From contig JAKMEE010000028.1 in the NCBI GenBank assembly GCA_022426155.1, positions 55,442 through 119,441 on the forward strand: 64,000 nucleotides of DNA. Reading direction: 5' to 3'. Shown one piece after another: positions 1-9,100 of the stretch. The notes beneath the pieces were generated by a model. The model searched no databases, had not been told where the DNA came from, and saw only the letters and a list, made by a program, of their open reading frames with translations. How positions within the stretch are numbered: position 1 is the first letter of the stretch; every line of letters starts with the position of its first letter. Made by a program: the position numbers and the translations under genes. The stretch is from Poseidonia sp. Its GTDB lineage: Archaea; Thermoplasmatota; Poseidoniia; Poseidoniales; Poseidoniaceae.

Positions 1-2
1 GC

Positions 3-458
3 TATGAAAATTACGATTCTGATGTCACGCGTCGATTGAATCTCTCACGTACAGAACTCATGGATGTTGACGCTAGCCTATCGCAACTGGAACAATTGAT
101 TGCAGAAGAAGCACCGATGGGCCCACTTATTGTCGGGGGGTTTTCACAGGGCGGAGCAATAGCCCAAGAATTACTCCACCTTCCAATCGCCGATCGAATC
201 CAAGGACTTGTTTGCATGGGCACCAGGCTTGTTCGACCGATGGAACTGCGAATGCGTTTACGAGACTTAGAGAATAAACGATTATTTTGGATGCATGGAA
301 TCAAAGATTTACGCGTGCCCATTGAAGATGGATGGGCAGTGGCTCATTTGTTCGAATCAGCAGAGTGGGCGGTGGAATTAATCGAACACCCCAAGGGCCA
401 CATGATTCCGCTTGAACATCATGATGCGCTCAAAGAATGGCTCATAACGTTTTCTTGA
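3..458 (+). CDS. Phospholipase/carboxylesterase family alpha/beta hydrolase (5' truncated by window edge)
   Basis: Frame is open from position 3. Motifs GGFSQGG (nucleophile elbow), HGIKDLRVP (Asp) and GHMI (His). Confidence 0.85.
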   Translation, partial: YENYDSDVTRRLNLSRTELMDVDASLSQLEQLIAEEAPMGPLIVGGFSQGGAIAQELLHLPIADRIQGLVCMGTRLVRPMELRMRLRDLENKRLFWMHGIKDLRVPIEDGWAVAHLFESAEWAVELIEHPKGHMIPLEHHDALKEWLITFS

Positions 459-729
459 AGTAACGACTGGTTTCATCAAAACCACCGATGAACATAGGTG
501 CATCGCCCCGTAGGTCAAAGACCACTGGGACCGTACGATGTCCTGTGGCTGCCACAACTTCTTTTCTCAGAGAGCGGTCTTGTTCATCGTAATTATACTC
601 GGTATAGGTGAATGATTTGGTCTTCAGCAATTGCTTCAGCGCTCTACAATATCCGCAGAAGTTCCCCGTATAGATGAGAAAATCATCTTCGCTATTCGCA
701 GCGTGTTCAAGGATTCGTTGTTCTGACAC
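442..729 (-). CDS. Glutaredoxin family protein
   Basis: 95 aa with CGYC active site, GHRTVPVVF (cis-Pro motif) and FIGGFDE. Confidence 0.85.
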   Translation of the reverse strand: MSEQRILEHAANSEDDFLIYTGNFCGYCRALKQLLKTKSFTYTEYNYDEQDRSLRKEVVAATGHRTVPVVFDLRGDAPMFIGGFDETSRYFKKTL

Positions 730-739
730 AAAACAAGGG

Positions 740-1333
740 TCAAGGCCGACCTTCTTGAAGACTCTGTGTCATGAACCAAGACTCAAGTTCCTGTGGATTT
801 TGATAGATTCCCCGTTCATCAAGGCAAAGACTCAACCAACCGTCCATTGAAGGCCGGTGAGACCGATGCAATGACCGAAGAGAATTCGATGCAGCTGATA
901 GTGCTACCCTGAGGTGTTGTTGAATTCGTTCTTGGCTCGTTTCTCCGATTCGGAAAAGTACCACGTCACGGCCCTTATTTGCGAGGCTTTTAGCAAATAT
1001 CTCAACCATCAATTGACCCATCCCGTGGACACTTGCTAGGCTGGTTCCCGACTCATCGTTCCATGGCCCGTCCACGTTGGCCCATCGCCCACCTTCAAGG
1101 GAGGCAAGGTCGCTGAGAATCACAATTCGTTGTATCTTGCTTGGAAGATCTTCGAGCATGTTTGAGATCCGACCTACACTTCCATCCAGAACTCGCAGAT
1201 TCTCTCCATCTCCTGCTTCAGTTCGTAATATTGCCGTGGTACAGCCATCTGGTTTCTTTGAGAAATGAACGTTGTTGATAGCACAAAGCAATGCATCGGT
1301 TGGCTCAATGCCCACACACCATGCCTTGCTCAT
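740..1333 (-). CDS. Hypothetical protein
   Basis: 197-aa ORF co-directional with and 10 bp from the glutaredoxin gene; no motif confidently recognised. Confidence 0.6.
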   Translation of the reverse strand: MSKAWCVGIEPTDALLCAINNVHFSKKPDGCTTAILRTEAGDGENLRVLDGSVGRISNMLEDLPSKIQRIVILSDLASLEGGRWANVDGPWNDESGTSLASVHGMGQLMVEIFAKSLANKGRDVVLFRIGETSQERIQQHLRVALSAASNSLRSLHRSHRPSMDGWLSLCLDERGIYQNPQELESWFMTQSLQEGRP

Positions 1334-1425
1334 GGTACATCCACGAAGCGATAGGAAATGTGTCTTGCCATTGAAACTCTGGCAGATACTACCAATCCCA
1401 AATAGGAGAAGTCCCTGCCATCATC

Positions 1426-1932
1426 ATGGCATCTCTTCTCTTTCTTATGGCATCTGATGGTAAAAATTTAGAGTTAGCCTCACAAATTTCTGTGCTGGCT
1501 GAAGGGGAAGGCCATCATGTCTCATTTGTTTCATTGTGCGACCAAGATTTCCCACTTTTCACACCATTGAAAGAATCACAAACACCATCGGTAGAGGGAC
1601 TTCATCGGCTGATAGAACGCATGGAAAAAGCAGATGCTTGGTGGGTTTTTGCTCCTGAATACAACGGTTCTATGCCTCCTGTTCTGAACAATACGATCGC
1701 ATGGTTGTCAAGAGAAGGCGATGATTTTCGCCGTCTCTTTCGTTACAAGCGTGTGGCTTTGGCCTCACACTCTGGCGGGGGCGGTCACCATTGTATCATG
1801 GCCATGCGTGAACAATTTTCCTTCATCGGTTGTAACGTTCTGGGGCGCAACATAGTGGTCAACAAGTCCCGTCCTTACAACCCTGAAACAGCCAAAGACA
1901 TGTTATCTGCGCTTACGGAGGGCCTCGAATGA
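1426..1932 (+). CDS. NAD(P)H-dependent FMN reductase (flavodoxin-like)
   Basis: APEYNGSMPPVLNN motif and ASHSGGGG loop. Confidence 0.9.
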   Translation: MASLLFLMASDGKNLELASQISVLAEGEGHHVSFVSLCDQDFPLFTPLKESQTPSVEGLHRLIERMEKADAWWVFAPEYNGSMPPVLNNTIAWLSREGDDFRRLFRYKRVALASHSGGGGHHCIMAMREQFSFIGCNVLGRNIVVNKSRPYNPETAKDMLSALTEGLE

Positions 1933-2768
1933 TGCGAACTCTGACCTCCATCGTCCCCACCCACACGGTTTTGGAAGGTGGCGGTTTCAAAGTACGTCGT
2001 CCAGTGGCCATGGGCCGATTGATGAGTCCCTTTTTGCTCTTAGATGAAATGGGTCCTGTCGTCTATGGTCCAGGAGAAGCTGTCGGTGCTCCATCACATC
2101 CGCATCGTGGGTTTGAGACGGTCACGTATTTGCTTGAAGGAGCCATGCAACATGCTGATTCAGCAGGCAATCAAGGAGATCTCAATCCCGGAGATGTGCA
2201 ATGGATGACGGCAGGTAGGGGCGTTATACATTCCGAAATGCCGACCGATGCAATGATGAATCAAGGTGGAAAGATGCATGGATTCCAGATCTGGGTGAAT
2301 CTCCCAGCAAAGGACAAAATGATGAAGCCAAGGTACCAAGACATACCTTCACTCGGGATACCATCGGTTGAATCCGATGACGGACTCGTTTGGGCGAAGG
2401 TTGTCGCTGGCGAAGCACTGGGAGTGAAAGCCGTGATCGATACGGTCATTCCCATTACCTACATCCATGTCCGAATCAAACCCGGGGGGACTTACACCCA
2501 TGCTTGTGTTGATGACCACAACATGATGCTCTATGTATTTGGAGGCAGCATGAGCCTCGAAGGCCGTTCAATTTCGGATGGAGGACTCGGTCTTCTTTCT
2601 GAAGGCTCCAGTGTTGAATGCATTGCTGGAGAAGAAGGTGCTGAATTTTTGATTCTTGGTGGCCCACATTTGGATGAGCCCATTGCCCGTTACGGACCGT
2701 TCGTCATGAACACTCGTGAGGAAATCTATCAAGCGATTGATGATTACAATAACGGGACACTTGCCTGA
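1929..2768 (+). CDS. Pirin family protein
   Basis: SPFLLLDEMGP, HPHRGFETVTY, HADSAG, VQWMTAGRGVIHSE, YGPFVMNT. ATGA overlap with the upstream gene. Confidence 0.95.
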   Translation: MMRTLTSIVPTHTVLEGGGFKVRRPVAMGRLMSPFLLLDEMGPVVYGPGEAVGAPSHPHRGFETVTYLLEGAMQHADSAGNQGDLNPGDVQWMTAGRGVIHSEMPTDAMMNQGGKMHGFQIWVNLPAKDKMMKPRYQDIPSLGIPSVESDDGLVWAKVVAGEALGVKAVIDTVIPITYIHVRIKPGGTYTHACVDDHNMMLYVFGGSMSLEGRSISDGGLGLLSEGSSVECIAGEEGAEFLILGGPHLDEPIARYGPFVMNTREEIYQAIDDYNNGTLA

Positions 2769-2776
2769 GGGCTCCA

Positions 2777-3238
2777 TCATGCAGCGCAGTGTGCGATGAT
2801 TGTCTCGTAATCTGGCTCATCACCGAGACTGTCACATCGCCATACATAGCCGATGTTTCCATCAGCTTCAACGATCACAATACCACGGTTAGCGACTGTG
2901 TATCCATCAATGACGAAGTTTTCGAAGGTCATGTTGTAATCTGTGATCATGGTTCGGTGAACATCGGAAAGCAGTGGGAATTCCAAACCGTTTTCTTTGG
3001 CAAAGGCACCGTTTGAGAATGGGGCGTCTACTGAAACCCCCATGACGATTGCGTTCAAATCGTTCAGTTTTGCCATGGAATCTTGGAAGTGGCACATTTC
3101 TGTAGTACACACACCGGTAAATGCAGCTGGATAAAATGCCAAGACAACTCGCTTGCCTGCATAATCTGAGAGGCTAATCTTGCTCTTGTCGGTGGTTGTT
3201 AGCGTAAATTGGGGGGCGGTGTCACCTTGGTTGACCAT
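2777..3238 (-). CDS. Peroxiredoxin, BCP/PrxQ-like (AhpC/TSA family)
   Basis: FYPAAFTGVCTTEMC (PxxxTxxC with a second Cys five residues later), FPLLSD, conserved Arg in ANRG. Confidence 0.9.
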   Translation of the reverse strand: MVNQGDTAPQFTLTTTDKSKISLSDYAGKRVVLAFYPAAFTGVCTTEMCHFQDSMAKLNDLNAIVMGVSVDAPFSNGAFAKENGLEFPLLSDVHRTMITDYNMTFENFVIDGYTVANRGIVIVEADGNIGYVWRCDSLGDEPDYETIIAHCAA

Positions 3239-3377
3239 GAATCGGCTTCAAGTGACCCTCATTTAACTCTCACCGTCGGGATGGATGGAAGGGATTGGGG
3301 CAAGGGAGTTCAGAGACGGCTTGACTTGGATGTTCTCTCCAAATTATAACGCCGCAGTCTCACGGTTCTTGATGGAG

Positions 3378-3452
3378 TGCTCGTGCCGGGATTCGAACCC
3401 GGGTCGGCGGGATGAAAACCCACTATGATGGACCTGGCTACACCACACGAGC
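3378..3452 (-). tRNA. tRNA-Glu (anticodon TTC)
   Basis: Reverse complement folds as a cloverleaf: acceptor GCTCGTG/CACGAGC, anticodon arm GTGGG-TTTTCAT-CCCGC, T arm CCGGG-TTCGAAT-CCCGG. CCA not encoded. Confidence 0.95.
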
Positions 3453-3526
3453 GCCATTCTCGCCCACCGACCGCCTCTTCATAACCGTTCCCGTCCCTCA
3501 AAGTGGAGGCTGTGGTCTCTTTGGAT

Positions 3527-4129
3527 TCAAGCAGTGCTTCCGTCTCCGATGGAATTCCACCATCGCCAGGACATCCAAGCCATTGCAGCACACGCAATAG
3601 TGGCAATCGCGAGCAAGATTTCGTTGGCGATGAACCATTCCATTGCTTGAAGAGCTTGGTTACCATAGATGCCAATGAGGAGTGCTTCCAAACCAAAGCG
3701 TAAGCCTCGGCCAAGGAATCCTGCGATGAGGAAGGATTTCTTTTCCATATGACCCATTCCAGCCATCCATCCGAGAACCTTGTAGGGAATGGGTGAAAAC
3801 GCTGCGATAAAAATTCCGATTGAACCATAGTTTTCTGTGAGATGTTCTAATTTTTTCAATTGGTGTTCTTGTCCGAAACGGACCATCAACGGTGTACCCC
3901 AACGTTGTCCGATCAGATATCCAACAAGAGATCCAAGAACGGATGCTACGGTAACCACTCCCCAAAGCCATACTACAAGCGGGGTGTCACCCATCGCGTT
4001 GACGAGCATTGGAAGATAGAGAATATCTGGAGGGAGCGGTTGGATGATCGCCTCGGTAAAAGAAAGGACTGCAAGACTTGCAGGGCCAAAGACCTCGAAC
4101 ATTTCGAGCATCTCCTGTTTCCAACTCAT
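3527..4129 (-). CDS. YqaA/DedA (VTT domain) membrane protein
   Basis: LSFTEAIIQPLPPD, GSLVGYLIG, FSPIPYK, GRGLRF. Start moved to ATG 4129 because the longer ORF overlaps nob1. Confidence 0.9.
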   Translation of the reverse strand: MSWKQEMLEMFEVFGPASLAVLSFTEAIIQPLPPDILYLPMLVNAMGDTPLVVWLWGVVTVASVLGSLVGYLIGQRWGTPLMVRFGQEHQLKKLEHLTENYGSIGIFIAAFSPIPYKVLGWMAGMGHMEKKSFLIAGFLGRGLRFGLEALLIGIYGNQALQAMEWFIANEILLAIATIACAAMAWMSWRWWNSIGDGSTA

Positions 4130-4206
4130 GATGTTGGCTGCTTGCTTCCTTTCATGAACATTGAGGTCAACGGTGCCTTCATGGAGGTGATTCTCCTGTT
4201 CGGGAC

Positions 4207-4710
4207 ATGGACCGGGTACTCGATACAGCGGCATTGCTGCATTGGCCCCTTGAGCGGCTGTCTGGAGGCATTTGTGCATCTTCGCAACGTCGTGAACTGG
4301 AGTCGGTTAGTGAAACACGCTCTCTATTACTAGAAGCTGCAAATTTGGATTGGAGGGATGCACCTCCATCTTGGCTTGACCGAGCGAAACAGGTCGCTTC
4401 AACCAGTGGTGATCTTCCTCGCCTTTCAGATGTAGATTTGGATGTCTTGGCCCTTGCCGTAGGCTTATCTGCTGTTTTGGTCACGGATGATTACAAATTG
4501 CAAAACACCTTCAAGGCACATGGTGGAGTGGTTGAATCCGTGAATACTAAAGGAGCCTCCCAGGTTTGGCATTGGGAATTACGTTGTTTAGGGTGCCGTG
4601 CTACATTTCCTGTTCCGAAGGACGCTCAACGTTCCAAAAAAGGGGCGGTTGGAGAATGTGAACGGTGTGGTTCACCAACCGAGATGAAACGCTCAAAGCG
4701 TCGTTCGTGA
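4207..4710 (+). CDS. nob1: Nob1 family endonuclease (PIN domain + Zn ribbon)
   Basis: VLDTAAL, LSDVDLDVLALA, LVTDDYKLQN PIN motifs; C-terminal CLGC...CERC. Confidence 0.9.
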   Translation: MDRVLDTAALLHWPLERLSGGICASSQRRELESVSETRSLLLEAANLDWRDAPPSWLDRAKQVASTSGDLPRLSDVDLDVLALAVGLSAVLVTDDYKLQNTFKAHGGVVESVNTKGASQVWHWELRCLGCRATFPVPKDAQRSKKGAVGECERCGSPTEMKRSKRRS

Positions 4711-4713
4711 GGT

Positions 4714-5028
4714 TCACTCATCGCTGTCCAATGCTTCGAGGGCAGCAACTTTCTTTTCCAATTCATCAACAGGCATGCCAGCTGGTTCAAGGCCAACCGC
4801 TTTTGCTCGGTCCATCAGTACTTGTTCAGGAGTTCGGCCACCTGCTTCAAGATCGTTGACGGTACGTGTTACATCAGCCAATTGAGTGGTTTCTTGAAGC
4901 CCCTTTTGGAATTCTCCTTTTGAGCGACCAAGGGCATTGGCTAACTCAGGGAGGCGCTGTGCGCCAAAGAGAATGAAAAATAATCCCAATAGGATGACGA
5001 GTTCAAGCGGTCCGGGAGTGAATGCCAT
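4714..5028 (-). CDS. tatA: Twin-arginine translocase TatA/TatE subunit
   Basis: GPLELVILLGLFFILFGAQRLPELANALGRSKGEFQKG; GAGGAAG upstream of start. Confidence 0.92.
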   Translation of the reverse strand: MAFTPGPLELVILLGLFFILFGAQRLPELANALGRSKGEFQKGLQETTQLADVTRTVNDLEAGGRTPEQVLMDRAKAVGLEPAGMPVDELEKKVAALEALDSDE

Positions 5029-5100
5029 GGTGCTTCCTCAAACTTAGGCAAACGCTCCCCGTTGTTCAAGGCTTTCCTTCTTCGGAGAGCAAAATGAGGG

Positions 5101-5355
5101 TTAGCCCCCGCTCACAGGGGGGAGAAGGGCAACTTCATCTCCTTCATTCAGGATTTGTTCAAGGTCACATCGTGTTCCATTGACGGCAACGGAGAGTCCA
5201 AAGCTAATCCATTCACTCAACCCTAAATCTTCGACCAAGGACCTGATGGTTTGGTCTGGTTGATGGGGGTGTGAATGGGTTCGTCCGCCCAACCGTTCGG
5301 CAAGCGGCCCGAATGCGATGAGAGTAATCTGGCCCGTTGTAGAATCATCAGTCAT
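5101..5355 (-). CDS. MoaD/ThiS family ubiquitin-like protein (SAMP-like)
   Basis: 84 aa ending LNEGDEVALLPPVSGG (C-terminal di-glycine). Confidence 0.9.
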   Translation of the reverse strand: MTDDSTTGQITLIAFGPLAERLGGRTHSHPHQPDQTIRSLVEDLGLSEWISFGLSVAVNGTRCDLEQILNEGDEVALLPPVSGG

Positions 5356-5376
5356 ACCATAGGCTAAGGACGGGCC

Positions 5377-5384
5377 TTTATCAA
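5377..5384. promoter_or_regulatory. Putative shared bidirectional TATA-like element
   Basis: TTTATCAA (TTGATAAA on minus) lies at the centre of a 51-bp divergent gap, at -30..-23 from ATG 5407 and -29..-22 from ATG 5355. Confidence 0.45.
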
Positions 5385-5406
5385 CGCAGTTCTCTGTGCG
5401 TGAATC

Positions 5407-6111
5407 ATGACCGGGGCACTCGTTGCAAAGGCGCTTTGGAAGTTATACCAAGCAGGCGAATCAGTGGTTGAGGCAGTTAGGGGTGTGGACTTGACGGTTG
5501 ATTCCGGCGATATGGTCGCAGTTATGGGCCCTTCAGGATGTGGAAAAACGACGCTGTTGAACATCCTCTCAGGCATTGATGAACCGAGTTCTGGAGGCGT
5601 GATGGTGAAGGGTTTGCCCCTCTACGGCGTCTCCGATAACCGCCGAACTGACCTACGCGCTGAACATTTCGGATTCATTTTCCAAGACTTCAACCTCCTG
5701 CCAGTTCTTTCCGCTGTTGAAAACGTTGAATTACCGTTGCTCTTGCTTGGAACCAGTCCAAGCGAAGCCCGGCAACAAGCCTTGCAGTCCCTATCAGAGG
5801 TTGGTTTATCAGACCGAGCAGAACATCGACCTGCCGAATTATCTGGAGGTCAACAGCAACGTGTTGCGGTAGCAAGAGCGATTGTTCATCGGCCCTCCAT
5901 CATCCTCTGTGATGAACCCACGGGGAATCTTGACACAACAACATCCACTGAAGTGATGGAGTTGCTGACAAAGATGAATCGCACTATGGGGACAACGTTT
6001 CTCATTGTCACTCACGATTCAAATGTGGCTGAACAATGCCAGCGGACTGTGACCATGATGGATGGCAAAATTGTGAGTGACCATCGCTCACCGATCACTC
6101 AGGAGGAGTGA
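5407..6111 (+). CDS. ABC transporter ATP-binding protein (LolD/MacB family)
   Basis: Walker A GPSGCGKT, signature LSGGQQQRVAVAR, Walker B ILCDEPTGNLD, VTHD. Confidence 0.95.
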   Translation: MTGALVAKALWKLYQAGESVVEAVRGVDLTVDSGDMVAVMGPSGCGKTTLLNILSGIDEPSSGGVMVKGLPLYGVSDNRRTDLRAEHFGFIFQDFNLLPVLSAVENVELPLLLLGTSPSEARQQALQSLSEVGLSDRAEHRPAELSGGQQQRVAVARAIVHRPSIILCDEPTGNLDTTTSTEVMELLTKMNRTMGTTFLIVTHDSNVAEQCQRTVTMMDGKIVSDHRSPITQEE

Positions 6112-9100
6112 ACTTGCTCATTGAATCCGTGGTTTTGGTGCTCGTCATAGCACTCTTGAGCACGGTGGCTACCTTGAGTTTGGGTCGTTTAGATTCAACA
6201 GGACTTTGGGTCAAAACACTCCTGATTCTCGGTCCTATCGTGGATGGCTGGCTTGGAATGGTATTCCTTCTGTGGCTTGGTCTCGGTCCCATCAACGCAG
6301 TTTTGGGAGGCGTCTTACTTGGCATTGCATCCCTGACATTCTTGCAACCGCTCTTAGTCCCTCGTCGCCTTGTTGTTTGGCGCCTTGCCATGGAAAATAT
6401 TCGACGAAGAAAACGTCAGTCTGCATTGATGATTGCAGGCCTTGTGATTGCTTCTGCTATCATCACATCTTCTTTGGTGGTTGGAGATTCATTGGACGCT
6501 ACGGTGACGCATGAGGTTGAAGCATCTTGGGGGAGCACGGATTTATTGATTGCAGGGTTCAATCCCCAAACTGGTGTTGCGGTTGAATTCGAAGAAAACG
6601 TGGGCGCACGGATTTGGGGCGCATTGCAGAATGATTCGTCGACTTCGCCTCACATTGAGGGACGTCAACATGGTCTGGCAACCTCGGTGAGTCTGACGAA
6701 CTCAGAGGGCAGAGGTGAGCCAACTGTGTCATGGTTTGCCCGAAACTCCACCATTGACGCAGAACAAATCTGGGAGCCCTTGGGCGATGATGGACTACGC
6801 TTTGAGACCATTCGAATGGCGAATGAAGGTGCCCAAATACCTCAAATTGTCCTCAACCAAGCCGCCGGTGATGCAATGAAAGTGGATGTGGGTGATGTGA
6901 TTAAAATGGGGTGGTACATCTCTGGGGAGGGCGGTCAGCGCGTTCATCAGGAAACGAATGTTTCGGTCCTCGAAATCGTTGCGAATACAGGTCAAGGAGC
7001 CATGGCAGGTAGCGTCACTCCAGCGGTGTTTACGGATCTCAGAACTGCACAAGAATTGATGAAAGCACCAGGGGCCATGAACCGCCTCTCTCTTGCATTA
7101 AAATCTGGCATGAGTGATGCGGATGTGCGTACTTTTGGAGAAACAGTTGAAGAATTCGTCAATCAAAGTCTTCTTGCTTCTGATGTTGGATTCAATTTGA
7201 CATTTGCAGAATCAACTGGAACGGCCACTCTTTCCAACAGCGCAGGTCTTGGACGTATTTCTGGTGAAGATGTTCTTTCCCTTCGAGAAAACATGACCTC
7301 CTTTGCAGGAAATGTCTCAATGATGGAAGTGTTACAGGTGCCGCTAATCGATGTATCGTTTGATAATCAATCGCTTCTCACTCTGGCAGATTCCGATGTT
7401 CACACCCTGGCCTACAGCGGCTCGGCCCTATGGCACATCGGTCTTTCAGGGGCTGGATTTGAGCCAAGTGATGCTGATGATTCATGGGTTTGGAGAGCCG
7501 ATGATGGTGAGCGAATCAACGATGCAGCATTTTCTCCCAATGGGACACAGGCTCTCCTGGCACATGATGGTGGCATTGAGCTAGCCGCAGAATGGGCAAG
7601 CGATTCAACATCCTATGCCTCATGGAAGACAGACAACTCAGCAGTTGCAGCCGTTTGGGCCGATGGAGAATGGTTCGTCTTGGAGGCCAATTCAAGCAAT
7701 GCAAAATTGCATCGTTTTGATGCGAACCTCAACCCTCAAGGAATGGAACCCCTAACTCTTGAACTGCCCAGCACAGTTTTGTCCTACGATCTGTCGGTTG
7801 ACATCGGGTTGCACCTTCGTGTTGAAGGTTTGCTAAGCACATCATATTACGCCACTGAATCCCTGAATTTGTTTGAATTCTTACCAAGCGAAGCCGTGGA
7901 TTGGCCTTCAACCGAACCAGGTTCAGATATTGACCTCCATCCAAGATGCGACAATACTGCATCTGTATCCCTTTCTTCAACATTGCATTGGTGCACATTT
8001 GAACATGGTTTAATGCAATGGAATTCAACCACAAACAATGCTACTGGGATACGTCTTCCGATTATCTCTGAGGCCCCGGGCTTTGGTCAGTTTCCTCAAA
8101 TGTTCCTCGCTTTTGGTGGAAGTGATGGAACTCAAAACCTTGAGCCAGGGCATGTGCTGCTTTCCTCTCGACTTGACACCTTGGCGCTGGATGACCTGAG
8201 CATGGAATTGGCTGTACAAGGAGCGCTCCCGTATGCTTACGGAAACGATACTGCCGTGTTCTTCACCAACGATGGAGCCTATGCCTCTCTCCCTGGTTTT
8301 GAAGACCTTTCAGCACTCGAATCGGTTGTCTTAGGATTGATATCTCTCCAAGATGCAGAAATATTGGCACTGGCAGGGGATGATGAACGATCCTTGTTGT
8401 TGCTTTCTGGGGGGGATTTCACCAATTCAAGTCTACAAGACAAGGCCTTCGAGGCAACATCTTTGTGGCTTGATGACCGAAGTACACTGGACGACCTTCA
8501 TTTGCTTGTACAACCCGTCAAAGTGGATGCTGCTGAGCAAGCCGAAGCATCAGCTGGCGTTCTATCTGCCATGTTCCTTGTGTTCGGCACCTTCACGATG
8601 GCCGCTGGCGTTTTACTGGTGCTCACAATCATCACACTCTTGGCCGATGTGAGGCGTTCAGAATTGGCTACAGCGCGGGCATTGGGACTGAGGATCAGCG
8701 ATGCACGAGCATTTTTCATCCAAGAGGGGACCGTCCTATCTCTCATGGCGGGGGGGCTTGGCTCCTTGGTCGGTCTCGGTCTCGCTTGGCTGATCTCCAT
8801 CGGTTTCAGTACGATTTTCTCATCGGTTGGCGCTCAGTCCTTCCGATTTGATTGGACCCTAGATTCATTCCTTGCTGGTTGGATTTGGGGGTCATTAATC
8901 GCCCTCTTTTTGCTATGGGTTGCAGCGCTATGGAATAGCAACCTCAACATCGTCAAAGCCCTCAGAGGTGCTCGTACTTCACTTCGAAAAGGCGTTCCAT
9001 GGGGTCTGTATTTACTTCAAATTCTGGCCCTCGGAGGTGCAGTTCTCTCGTACACTTCCCTGTTCCTTCTGGGTACATCGAGTAGTTTGGCTTACCTTGC

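Noticed and set aside
3310-3828. 172-aa minus-strand ORF
   Set aside because: It runs through tRNA-Glu and overlaps the YqaA gene in another frame.
4130-4279. N-terminal extension of the YqaA ORF, and similar extensions at 31557..31634, 32016..32084, 33085..33123 and 43037..43105
   Set aside because: They overlap neighbouring genes or promoters; downstream ATGs fit family lengths better.
5101-5355. Molybdopterin biosynthesis or ubiquitin-like conjugation operon
   Set aside because: Only the solitary MoaD/SAMP-like gene is present; no E1-like, MoaE or JAMM gene nearby.
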